Shown in pieces: positions 52,290-64,000 of a stretch of DNA of 64,000 bases. Below the pieces are notes generated by a model, which did not search any database, was not told the origin of the DNA, and saw nothing but the letters and a program-made list of their open reading frames with translations. The stretch spans positions 101,680,001-101,744,000 of the forward strand of contig NC_042998.1 of the NCBI RefSeq assembly GCF_006345805.1. The letters are read 5' to 3'. The DNA comes from Octopus sinensis. Its lineage: Eukaryota. Position 1 is the stretch's first letter, and each line of letters starts with the position of its first letter. The translations under genes and the position numbers were made by a program.

Positions 52290-54290
52290 TGAAAGGAAAT
52301 GGGTGGAGCCTCCCCCACCTCATGAGCTGATTAATTATACATCTAGTGATGGTGTCACAATAAAACACTGGTAATTCCGCAACCTAATAATCGCTCCCTC
52401 ATATGAGGGACAATGAAAAAACAAAATATTGTGAATAACAATGTTAATGACATGGAAGACAGTGATGGTGACAGTATTACACACGGTAGGCTGAGAGATT
52501 CTGTTACGCCTCGAGCCTGTCGATATCCAGAAAGGGACCACCACACACGACGTAAATGGAGCAAGCAAGTTATTGCCGTGGTCATGAAATGTTACTACCT
52601 GAGCAGCCCAGTAGATGAAAATGGTGCTCAAATTAGGGTTTACCGACAACATATGTATGACCATTGGAGAGAAAAGGGATAGTTTCGACTCACGGAACAG
52701 AGTCTATGTGATAAAGCTAGAGCAATAAGAAAAATTGTTAGTTCACAGAAATAGAGCTCGAAGCTGTCAAAAAACGGGTCAAGGAAAATAGCAGCAGAGA
52801 TTACAATGAAAATACAGTTCCTACAAATAAGAGTAATCTCATATCACAGGAAAGGAGCAGAGGTAGTTTACTTGATGAGAGACATAGATGATCTAGAAGA
52901 AGACAATAAAACTAATGGCGACATGGCAGCTGAGCAAAAAGCTATCTACGACAAAATAAAAGTAAGACTACAGGAGAACGATAGTGACGTTATTTGCAAA
53001 CTTAGAAACGTTGATCGATGGAAATTGAACCAAGGCACGAAAATGTCAATGGTATTGTGAAATACATCAGAACAAACAACATCAGAGACACAAATAATCT
53101 GATTAAGGCAGAAAGTATTGTTGTAGCAGAAATGTGGGTGTCGATGTCAAGAAAAAGAAACATAATGGGAGTGACAAAGAAAAAATCCATTGCGGAAAAG
53201 AAGAATCCAGGCAGTGTTAGTCATGCTTTCGAAAGAAATCTCTGTGTTAGACAGAAAAGAGAAGGGGGAGCTTAAAAGCGAACAAAAATAAAAAACAAAT
53301 GCCGAAAAGGAAGTATAATATTGAAAGAAAGGGCTTGAAAGTAGTAATGGAGGAACTGAAACAGCGCATCGTAGCAAAAGAAAGCAAAGATGATAAAATA
53401 CGACCAATGAATGAAGGGTTACCATCAGAATGTGTTATTCAGAGTAGATCAAAAGAGATTCTATAAACAAATAAATGGAGAGTGTACAAATGAAAAGTTG
53501 ATACCAGATAATATTGAAAGTTAAACGTTTTGCAGTGACATCTGGATCAAAGTCAAGGAACACAAGAAGGATGCTTGAATGGTTGCAAGAACTGAAACAA
53601 ACAGTAGTCTGTCCAAAACAGGCAGAACTAGTCATTTCAGTTAGGGAAGTGAAGGAAATAAACAAAAGAAATGAGCATCTGGAAGGCCCCGGGACCAGAT
53701 GGAGTTTAAGGTTAAATGCCGACTAAGTAACACTAGATTGGTTAGCATTGGGTAGTACAGCGCTGTGCCTGAAAAACAATACGACAGACAATTACAGGCT
53801 GATATCCTGTTTACCACTTACGTGGAAGTTATTGATTGCAATACCCGCAGATTCAATGTATGAACATCTGGAAAAAATGGAGTCCTGCGACATGAGCAGA
53901 AGGGTTGCAAGCGTAAGTGCAGAGGTACCAATGATCAACTCCTGATAGACAAAAGTGCTCTCAGTGACTGCAAGAGGAGGAAAAGTAAATTAGCCATGTC
54001 ATGGATTGACTATCGAAAGACGTACGATATGAGCCCACATTCTTGGATTATGGAGTGTATGAACCTATTTGGTATGGCATCGAATGTGGAGCGATTACTT
54101 GCAAAAAGTATGGTGAATTTGAGGACGGACCTGACAGCATACGGAAGAAGTTTACGGATAGTGGAATTTAGGAGGGGCAACTTCCAAGGGGACTGCCTGT
54201 CCCCACTGATCGTTGTACCGTGCTTGATGCCACTGACACAGATTCTGAGGAAAGCAAAAGCTGGGTATGTATTCAAAAGCCACCATCAAA
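52290..54290 (+). mobile_element. R4/Dong-like LINE copy 1 (5' end to mid-RT), decayed
   Basis: RRKWSKQVIAVVMKCYYLS..YRQHMYDHWREKG..EQSLCDKARAIRK N-terminus; NYRLISCL; [16 protein letters not shown]; [12 protein letters not shown]. Confidence 0.88.
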
Positions 54291-56595
54291 ATGTCAACCT
54301 GTGCAGGCAATAATATTAATAATACAAAAGCAAAGGCAATACAGCTAGCAGTCACTTTCTTAATATTAGTGTGAAAGCTGTTGAAAGGAATACTTTCTGA
54401 AAGCATTTACGAGAACCTTGAAAACCAGAATTTACTGCTAGAAGAACAGAAAGGTTGCAAGGAGAAAGCGAGAGTAAAGTATGGTCTATTATACATAGAC
54501 AAAGCAGTTCTACATGAAGTAAAAACTAGAATCAAAAGTCTAACAAGAGCATAGATTGATTATAGGAAAGCCTATGACATGATCCTACACTCATGGATAA
54601 GTGAATGTTTGAATATATTTAGTGTAGCAGACAATATGTGAGAATTCATTAGCTTTAACAAGAAGAAATGTAAAGTAGATCTCTACTCAGATGACACAGT
54701 CTTAGGAAAAGTTAATATCAATAGAGTAATTTTCCGAGGGTATTCGTAATCTCCTTTGATATTTGTCTTACGTTTGATCCCCCTCGGTTTAGTATCAAGG
54801 GAAGCAAAGGCAGGGTATCAGTTCAAAAACATTATGGGAAAAATTAGCCATTTTCTCTACATGAATGATCTGAAGCTTTTTAGTAAGAATGAAAAAAGAG
54901 ATAGATTCCTTAAAAACTGTAAGACTCTTTAGCAAAGAATTAGGCTTGGAATTTGGCATAGAAAAATGTGCAATGTTAGTAATAAAAATGGGACAAGTAA
55001 CCGATAGTGAAGGCAGATATTCACTATGACCAGACATTAAAATCACTGAAAGAAGGAGAGAGTTATAAGTATCTAGGAGTATTAGAATCCGACAGAGTAC
55101 TAACTACAGAAATGAAAACGTAAATTGAGGCGTACATGAGAAGAGTGAGAAGCGAATGAATCCAAAGCTATATGAAGTCAATGCCGAAGATAGTGAAGGC
55201 TGTAAACACTTGCACAGTATCATTACTTAGATACTCAGTAGCTTTTGCAGATTTGACAAAAACTGAATTAGCGAAGCTAGACAGAACTAGAAAGGGATTC
55301 AATATGAATGTAGGACTCCTACCAAGAGCAGGTGTACTAAGAAGGCGGAAGAGAGTTAATATCAGTAGAACACTGCGTGGAGTTAGCTAGAGAATATATA
55401 GACTCCTATGTAGATGATATTGAAGAAAGATTATTAAGAGATGCTAGAGTCACCACAAAACATAGGGAAGCCAAAAAGCCAATCGAAGTTAAAAACCAGA
55501 AAAAGAAACGAAAGTTATCTGACTGGCATGAAAAAGGTTTGCTTGGTAGATTCTCAGAGATAGTTGCAGAAATTAGTTGTAGTGAGACATGGTTATGCTT
55601 GCAGAAAGAAAGGTTGAAAAGGGAGACAGAAAGTATGTTAATACTCTTTTTTTTTGTTTTTTACTTGTTTCGGTCATTTGACTGTGGCCATGCTGGAGCA
55701 CCGCCTTTAGTCGAGCAAATCGACCCAGGGACTTATTCTTTGTAAGCCCAGTACTTATTCTATCGGTCTCTTTTGCCGAACCGCTAGGTGACGGGGACAT
55801 AAACACGCCAGCATCGGTTGTCAGGCGATGTTGGGGGACACACAGACACACAAACATATACACACACACAAATATATATATACATATATACGACAGGCTT
55901 CTTTCAGTTTCCGTCTACCAAATCCACTCACAAGGCTTTGGTCGGCCCGAAGCTATAGTAGAAGACACTAGCCCAAGGTGCCACGCAGTGGGACTGAACC
56001 TGGAACCATGTGGTTGGTAACCAAGCTACTTACCACACTGCCACTCCTGCGCCTATAGTAGCACAAGATCAAGCATTAAGGACTAATTGGATGAATACAA
56101 GACAAACAAAAATCAAGTAGATTCCTAATGCAGGCTATGCAAATCAAAAGAGGAGAGTGTTATTAATATAGTAAGTGAATGTAGCATGCTGGCACTGAAA
56201 GAATAGAAGAAAAGGTATGAAATCTAGGAAGAGTAATCCACTAGTAGTTATGTAGAAAGTTGGGATTTGAACATACTGATGAATGGTATGAACATGAACC
56301 TAGTAAATACTAGAAAGTAAGTAATATAAAGTGTTGTGGGACTTTAACATTCAGACTGAAAGAAGCTAGAGGGTCTGATTTAATAGTAGCAGATAAAGAG
56401 ATTAGAAAATGCCAGATAATTGACTTTACAGTCCCAAAGATGAAAACATTGATATCAATGGTATAGACAAAATAGCAAAGTACCAGGACCTAGCTATTGA
56501 ATTACAGAGACTATGAAAATGAACGTAAAAAATATCCCAGTAGTTATTCGAGAATATCCATAAAGATTTGAACAGATGGAAAGAGAAAATAGGCG
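54290..56595 (+). mobile_element. R4/Dong-like LINE copy 2 (RT to endonuclease), decayed and SINE-interrupted
   Basis: IDYRKAYDMILHSWI; HFLYMNDLKLF; LGLEFGIEKCA; LKRETESMLI|VAQDQAL split by a SINE; CRLCKSKEESVINIVSECSMLA; VLWDFNIQT. Confidence 0.88.
55644..56055 (-). mobile_element. tRNA-derived SINE (family B) inserted in LINE copy 2
   Basis: Minus-strand head GGCGCAGGAGTGGCAGTGTGGTAAG..GGTTCAGTCCCACTGCG. The LINE reading resumes exactly after removal. Confidence 0.88.
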
Positions 56596-59147
56596 TTCAC
56601 ATCCAATGCGAAAACATTCTATAGAGAAATAGGGTAGGAGAAAAATAACCGTTGAAGACCCCACTGCCTTGGAAGATGTTGAAAACTTCTGGAAAAATAT
56701 CTGGAGTAATGAAAAGATTTTCAATAGAAATGCAAACTGGATTCGACACAGAAGGATCCTACCAACACCTACCAGATCAGACATGGGAAGATATCACAAT
56801 CGGAGACCTCAGATTGACACTCACGAAGGCTCATGAGTGGAAGTCGTGATAAGGTGCCAAATTTCTGGCTCACCTCTCTCCCGAGCGCACACAAAAAGCT
56901 AGTCCAGTTATTCAATGAAATTGTGACAGATCCTAAGGAAACACTTGATTGGTTAGCAAGCGGTATTACTTACCTACTCCAGAAGAATAATGAAACCAAA
57001 TTTCCCCCAAACTATCGGCCCATAATATGTCTATCTACCACGTATAAGATTTTAAAATCCATCCTCGTGGATAAACACACAAATTTATGGAACAGAACGA
57101 TATTTTCCCCACTGAACAAAAAGGGTGACAATAAGGCTCATATCAATGCAGAGTCCAACTCTTGATGAATAGCATGATCCTTGAGAATTGTTATAAAAAA
57201 CGCAAAAATATCAGTTCTGCATGGATTGATTATAAAGAGGCCTTCGACACCATACCACATTCTTGGATCTTGAAATGACTGGATATCTTAAAAATTTCTC
57301 TTGTGATTTGAAACTCTCTGAAGCAGAACATGTCAATGTAATACGAATCTCTAATTATACTACTCCAACGGATTAGTGACCACAAAAATATTAATATTAA
57401 CTCCGGTATTTCCCAAGGTGACTCAATTTCACCTTTAATTTTCTGCATAGACCTAATACCCTTTGCAAGTGAACTTAACAACAGAATAGGGGTATGGATA
57501 TAAAATTAGCGACAAGAAAAGTTAACTATTTTATATGGATGACTTAAAACGCTATGGTAAAGACGATTATGAGCTTGAAGACTACTACGTACTGGCCTTG
57601 ATAAATGTACTAAGGCCACTTTCCAGAAAGGGAAACTGAAGACCTCACATTCAGTGGTGTTAGATGTTGATACAGTCATAAAAGAACAACTCGAGCAGGA
57701 ACAAACTTACAAATACCTCGAAATAAATAAGAGCTCTGTCATTCAACATGCAAGTATGGAAAAGAATATCACGAAGAAGTGCTACAGGGCTATTCAAGAA
57801 GTCCTAAAATCCGAGTTAAATTCACGTAACAAGGTGTTAGCTACAAAAATCCTTACAGTTTCGATGTATTGAACTGGAATATGAGCAAAATAAGGAGATT
57901 GGCAGGAAAATCCGTAAGATGCTGACTTACAATAAGCTGCACCAACCAAAGACAGACGCAAATCGTCCTTACCTACCAAGAGCTCAAGGAGGTCATGGCT
58001 TGATCCAATGTGAAATCTCCAACAAAACAACCACAATTTGACTGGCAGAATATCTTGAAACATTTAACGACTGGATGCTAAAGCTCGTTGACAACCATGA
58101 AAGACATAAGAAGCTTCATTCTGTAATGAAGGAGTGCAAAACAGTTTCAAGTGAGCTTATGCATAATACTTAGGTTGAAGAGCTTGAGAGAAGTGCTGCA
58201 ACTGTAGTTAGAAAGAGGGTGAAATCAATATCAATGCAAAATAAGCTTGAACAATTGGCTGATAGGAGAGAACAAAAACCTCTGCGCAGCAAATATGTGG
58301 CCCGTAACAAACAAGCTGATGTAGACTAGAAGCACGCCCATAAGTGGCTATGGAGCTCAGTACTAAAGACCAGGAGTGAAGATCAGGGCTTATTGACCCG
58401 TAACTATCGAGCTAATGTGATGGAAAATGGTGTAGACCCAAATTGCTGATACTACAACGATGGTATAAAAACAGTGGACCACCTAATCTCTGGAAGTAAG
58501 GTTTTAGCACCTGTAGAGTACAAATCAAAACATGACAGCGTTGGCCAATATTTATACTGGATAATGTGTCGGCATTATAAAATCAGAACTGCTGACAAAA
58601 GTTACAAGCACCACCCTGAGGCTGTAACTGAGGGAAAAGACGTAGCTATTCTTTCGGACATCCCAGTATGTACAGACTGGAGCATTAAGGCAAATAAGCC
58701 AGATATTATTGTGCAAGACAAAAGCAATAAAATCTCTTTATTGATGGACATGAGCATACCCTGTCACCATAACATCTCGGCAAAATATTTTGCTAATCGA
58801 TATCGAAAAGATGTGCATCTCAAGACGGTTACAATACCAGTAATTGTAGGAGCACTTGGAATGATCAAAAAAGGAACTGAAAATTATTTAAGAATGATTC
58901 CTTGCTTACCGTCCATGCAAGAAGTGCAAAAGATTGTCTTAACAGGTACGTCACATGTATTAAGAACAGTATTGTCACTGAGAATGTCCTTTCCTTTTCC
59001 CCCCCTTTATGTTATTTGTTTACTTTCAATATTTTAGTTTTTCCTTTCTTTCTGGCTTACCAATGTCTACAATAAGTTTCTCTGTCCAAGGTGTCAGGAA
59101 GACACTCGACAATAAATAGAAACAGAACTGAAAGATGGCGCTAATGA
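56595..59147 (+). mobile_element. R4/Dong-like LINE copy 3 (RT, RLE endonuclease, 3' UTR), decayed
   Basis: NYRPIICLSTTYKIL; IDYKEAFDTIPHSWI; GISQGDSISPL; YMDDLK; KANKPDIIV..LLMDMSIP..IPVIVGALGMI. Ends in (AAT)n at 59149. Confidence 0.9.
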
Positions 59148-59247
59148 AAATAATAATAATAATAATAGTAGTAATAATAATAACAACAACAACAACAACA
59201 ATAATAATAATAATAAATGCCCCTAATAATAATAATGATAATAATAA

Positions 59248-59803
59248 ATGCCCTGATGCAGTACCAGGCAGTGGCTCTCATGGCTTCTGATCTTAACTGA
59301 TTGGAAGTGTTATCATGTACATTGTTTTGTCTTGGTATAAAAGATGGGCTACAGCAAATATTCTGCTCAATACCACAGATTTGCTTGTCAGTTGTTTGAC
59401 TTTAACCAGTTGAGCATGTCCCTTAGTGGCTGACGATATGTGCATCTCTGATCACGAGCAGAAGTAGTGGGGGAGCATCATAGCCATGTGTTGAGAGGGA
59501 TTCTTTGGGGTTTGAATAATTCACCTCTGGAAACATTGGTGGTTCTTTCAACATCCTTAAACAACCCTTATTCGGGGACCTTTTGAGCGGGATGGGCTAC
59601 TCAACCTGAAGAAAATTCTAACTGGGCCCCACCTGCAAAGTCATGTGCTGTTTATCTTGATATGAGATCACCATGTCGCGCACATATGGTTGTGATGCAT
59701 GTGCCTGGTGTACCCTTATCAGACGGGTAGTCATGATGGGTATATTGGGCTTCGTATATTTTACCCCAGTGTCACTTTGATGGCATGAACTGCTCTCTCA
59801 CTC
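59248..59803 (+). mobile_element. Family E: about 555-bp non-coding interspersed element, full length, flanked by (AAT)n
   Basis: Other copies at 31391-31854, 28275-29026, 28749-28790 and 17192-17256. No ORF, TIR or tRNA boxes recognised. Confidence 0.85.
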
Positions 59804-59867
<64 letters not shown>

Positions 59868-59889
59868 GTTATAATAATAATGAAAAGTT

Positions 59890-61182
59890 CTGTAAAATCT
59901 TTACAGCTACCGAATGCATCATCCAAAATCAGATGTAGACAGAATCTTTCTCCCAAGAAAAATAGGTGGAAGAGGCCTGATACAGCACGAAGAATCCTTC
60001 ATCTCAGCAATAATAGGCCTTGAAACGTATCTTAATGCAACAAGTGATGTGCGCTACGAACTCCACGGAAGCATGAAGATTCCAAGCAAGCTTCAATCAT
60101 GAAGTTTAGTCGGAACTTTAAAAAGATTCTTGACGTACAAGTTAAGAATAACAATGACCAAAGGCACCCAAATACTCAGAGATCTGCCATTGCGTCTCCT
60201 GATTTTGATATTAACAATCAGAAAGACCAACGGGCTCCAAATAATGACAGACCTATCACTGATGAGAAAAAGATCAAACAAGAAGCAAAGAAGGCTTGCA
60301 TGAATGATATCGAACACAACTCGAGAGGTAATCTCCTGCATGGACAACACCCTAACCGCTTGACCAAGTCAGAAATTGGTCAAAATCTAACACTCCGATG
60401 GTTACAAGGGACATGTCTGAAAGGGGAAACAGAAGGTTGTTTTTTTATTGCAGAGCAAAATCAGAGCTTACCTACCAGAAACTACCATGCAAACGACCTT
60501 AAAGATGGATTTGTGGAAAATTCACAAAAACAATTCATCTTGATTCTGTGTGTCCTTTTCCTTGCTGAAAAGGAGTATCTCATAATACATGACAGACTAG
60601 GGCTGTACATCCAACGGAATACTTGTAAATACTACAAAATTAAATCCCATGTTAAGTGGTACTGGCATCATCCAGAGGATGTAGTAAATGGCGAGGGTTT
60701 CATCATACTTTGGAACTTCCCAATACAAACAGACAGAAAAATTGACTCCAGTCGACCAGACATTGTGATCAAGAACTACAACAGAGAAACTTGTATGTTA
60801 ATAGATATGTCTGTCCCACAAGATCAAAATGTCTCAAGAAAGGAATACGAAAAGGTTTCTTACTACTAAGATCTGCAAATTGAAATCACAAAAATGTGGA
60901 AGCTTAGGACTACGATAATACCAGTAGTAATTGGTGCTATGGATATGATACAGAAGGGAGCTGAGAAATATATTAAGCAACTCCCTGGTAACTCCGATGC
61001 CGGTGAACAAGAAAAGATAACCTTGATGGGTACAGCCCATAGACTACGGAAAGCACACTCCATCTAAAATGGAATAAATACGGTGATAATTTTAGCATGC
61101 ATAGGAAAACAAAAGTGCCATGGTTACTGTTGGCCTCCGGAGGATGCCCGATAGTAAGGCAGCTGAAATAAAGTTATAAGAC
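59890..61182 (+). mobile_element. R4/Dong-like LINE copy 4 (post-RT to 3' UTR)
   Basis: HHPKSDVDRIFLPRKIGGRGL; WLQGTCLKGETEG..AEQNQSLPTRNY; LWNFPIQTDRKIDSSRPDIV..LIDMSVPQD. Ends in (GAT)n(AAT)n. Confidence 0.88.
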
Positions 61183-61277
<95 letters not shown>

Positions 61278-61284
61278 TAATAAA

Positions 61285-61986
61285 TAGACAATGAAAAATC
61301 CCAGCAATGGTTGAGAAGCTCAGGATTCAAAGCAGAGACGGAGGGATTTTTAATTGCAGCACAAGACCAAAGCCTCCCCACCAGAAATTACCGAAAACAT
61401 ATAATGAAAAGAAACATAACAAGTAACTACAGAATATGTGGAAATGGACAAGAAACAATAAATCATATTATCTCTGGCTGCCCAGTCCTGGCACACACCA
61501 GAAAAGGTCACAGAAAACGAGAAAGCAACCATACTCCGGATATACCAATACACAGATAGATAAATTAAGGCCAACAGGCCAGATATACTTGTCAGAGATC
61601 ATGAAGAAAAAATGCTTTCTAATTGATGTATCAATACCAGCAGATGACAATGTGTCTCTAAAAGAAATGGAGAAACTTTCAAAACACAAAAACCTGGAAA
61701 TAGAGGTAACTCGAATGTGGAATCTAAAAACAGAAACAATTCCTATCATAGTAGGTGCATTAGGTATGATAAAAAAATATTCAGACAAATACATAACAAA
61801 AACACCAGGACTTACACACACATATAACATACAGAAAATTGCACTACTAGGCACTGCACACATCCTACGCAAAACACTTTCAATACAGTAAACATCAGAG
61901 CATCACAAACAAATCACAGCACATACCCAAGGCGCATAGAGCTGCGCTCGGTAGTGAAGTGAAAGCACGCTATAAAACTAAAACTA

Positions 61987-61990
<4 letters not shown>
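61285..61990 (+). mobile_element. R4/Dong-like LINE copy 5 (3' fragment)
   Basis: WLRSSGFKAETEGFLIAAQDQSLPTRNY..CGNGQETINHIISGCPVLA; FLIDVSIPADDNV..EVTRMWNLKTETIPIIVGALGMI..ILRKTLSIQ*. Confidence 0.9.
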
Positions 61991-62077
<87 letters not shown>

Positions 62078-62095
62078 GTAATGATAATAATAATA
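61991..62095. repeat. (AAT)n microsatellite abutting the LINE 3' end
   Basis: Directly visible. Confidence 0.95.
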
Positions 62096-62639
62096 ATTTC
62101 TACTATATTTCCAAACAAGCCCTGAGGTTTCATGTAGGAGTGCTAGTCAACTACGTCAACCCCAGTGCTCGATCCCCAACCCTGAAATAATAAAAGTTGA
62201 GCTCAGCAGCGTTTGAACTCAGAAGGCAAACCCGGAAGAAATGCCGCACGACACACTAACGAATCAGCCCGCTCACCATTTTTCAAGCTGACAAGTATAA
62301 TGAATTACGGTAAGAAAATTTAAGCAGGTCACTACAGAGACCGGATGAAAGATGTTATATTATATATATGGGACCAAGATGAAATGTTATAAAATATATA
62401 TCTCAAATAAAATACAATCAGGAAATTATTGAACTCCATTTTATTTGAAATATGATAGAAGTCATTTAAGGTTATTATTCACGCACAGGTGAGAAATCAC
62501 CAGCTCGAACAGGTCAGAGTTCTCTACGTTTCTGATTCCCAAGCTACGATAACTAATCTTAAACGTCTGCTATACTATTGAGTGCTTCTCTATAATATGA
62601 CTCTGTTTGACCTCCGGCAAACAATGAATTATATTTAAT

Positions 62640-63180
62640 TATTTCCTTTGTTGCCGTACCATTGTCTTTCTAAGAGGGAACACCATTGTGATTTCGAAGA
62701 TGAATATTATTGTTTTTATCAGGGTGTTCCCTTTGGTATTTTTGTTTTTTTTCCCTGCTAACTGTGACCAGATTTTGGAAGACTTGTCTTTACTTCTTTC
62801 ATGCTCTACTCGACGGTTTGAAATTGTTTCTTTTATCACCACCTGCAGTTCAGTCACAAGACATTGGAGTGAAAATGATGCTGTTCACAAGTTCCTTGGA
62901 GACTAAATTATATTGCAACAGCTGTTTCTTTGGTCTCATATCCTGCATCATTTACTGACACTTGTAGCCAAAGCAGGAAAAATGTGTACTTCCTCTACTT
63001 TGTTAGGTCCTAGAGACGCAAAAGAAGTGGTGACATATTCATATCTGCTGTAACCTACAAAATCATATGGACAACTTGCTGTGGGAAGCTGAAAATCCAA
63101 CGTTTCAGACAGAGTCCTTCTTCAGGAAAAAGTCGGCAGGGGAGAAATGAAAGTGAATCAGCAGAGTTTATCCTTTTAGC
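62640..63180 (-). mobile_element. Probable 5' region of a Penelope-like element
   Basis: A hammerhead at 63096-63128 lies upstream of a decayed basic/helical segment LQVVIKETISNRRVEHERSKDK resembling PLE N-termini. The match is by eye only. Confidence 0.35.
63096..63128 (-). ncRNA. Minimal type I hammerhead ribozyme motif
   Basis: Minus strand TTC-CTGAAGA-A-GGAC(TCT)GTCT-GAAAC-GT-T-GGA: canonical core, 4-bp stem II, loop-less stem III, 3-bp stem I. Confidence 0.55.
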
Positions 63181-63303
63181 TCGAACAACAGGCTTCAACT
63201 GATAAGGAAGACCACGGAAGTTCATACACAAACAGAAAGTAGTAGGAAACAAGCATTAATTATGTGTATGTGTGTGTGTGTGTGTGTGTGTGTCTGTGTG
63301 TCT

Positions 63304-63364
<61 letters not shown>

Positions 63365-63827
63365 ATAACTGAATGGAATGTGAAAGAGTAACATGTGGAA
63401 AGCAAGAGTGAACTAAAGGGAGAAGATGAGTTAAGAGGGAAGTTGATGGATAAAAAAAGGATTACTGAACTAAGAGTAGGTATAGGAGTAGGAGGAAAAA
63501 CTTTCGTAAACACATTTCGGTGATATGATACGAAGTTCGACCATAAAACATCACTTTTCCCATTTCTTTGAGAATATACATCGATGTTTCATGTGTTTGA
63601 AGTTAGTAATGACAAGTTGGCCAATCATACTTCGTATTATTCTTCGAATGTTCTCTCGACAGCGATTAACAAGGCATCAGTCAACTTCTTCAATGTGAAG
63701 AGCGGCTCAGAAACTGCATAAGATACAAAATATTGAAGAAAGGTGAGTTGGAAATACTAGATTCACAGTCCGCTTTTTCTCTCTTTTACTGAATAATACT
63801 AGTCCTGTAGGCGTAGACCAACTCTAC

Positions 63828-63939
<112 letters not shown>

Positions 63940-64000
63940 GCCTGTCTGCCCGTCTATCTTTCTATTTATCTATTCATCTATCTATCTATATGTGGGAGAG

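Noticed and set aside
52268-52412. Possible HDV-like ribozyme in the 5' UTR of LINE copy 1
   Set aside because: Only two small hairpins (GGTGG/CCACC and CCCTCA/TGAGGG) were seen; the nested double pseudoknot could not be built by eye.
4663-62275. tRNA-like A/B boxes
   Set aside because: They belong to SINE heads; no complete cloverleaf tRNA gene was seen.
406-63513. Dozens of ORFs rich in YI, HT, CV, poly-L/S/T/V/N/Y runs
   Set aside because: They are translations of (TA)n, (CA)n, (ATGT)n, (AAT)n and (CTA)n microsatellites, not genes.

Overview
AT-rich, microsatellite-dense eukaryotic DNA made almost entirely of transposon debris. The SINE families and repeat landscape look like an Octopus (coleoid cephalopod) genome; this is inference from recall, not from a search. 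No intact host gene is supported; there are only two weak candidate exons near 43.75-44.0 kb, and most ORF-track entries are microsatellite artefacts. Content: (1) a defective mariner with intact 37-bp TIRs (7804-9055); (2) several Penelope-like element (PLE) remnants; (3) a ~10-kb same-strand pile-up of R4/Dong-like LINEs at (TAA)n tracts (52.3-62.0 kb), plus scattered 3' fragments; (4) a ~555-bp non-coding element that sits in (TAA)n with fixed polarity; (5) an internally deleted Helitron; (6) Gypsy-like and RTE-like relics; (7) many tRNA-derived SINEs. The most notable structure is a 1.8-kb near-perfect palindrome (25113-26929): two 809-bp inverted PLE pseudo-LTRs around a GIY-YIG endonuclease tail, each arm carrying a type I hammerhead ribozyme with an intact catalytic core. 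About nine further intact-to-decayed hammerhead-like motifs occur across the window, and there are two other local inverted duplications. All coordinates and folds were read by eye, so approximate boundaries may be off by tens of bases.
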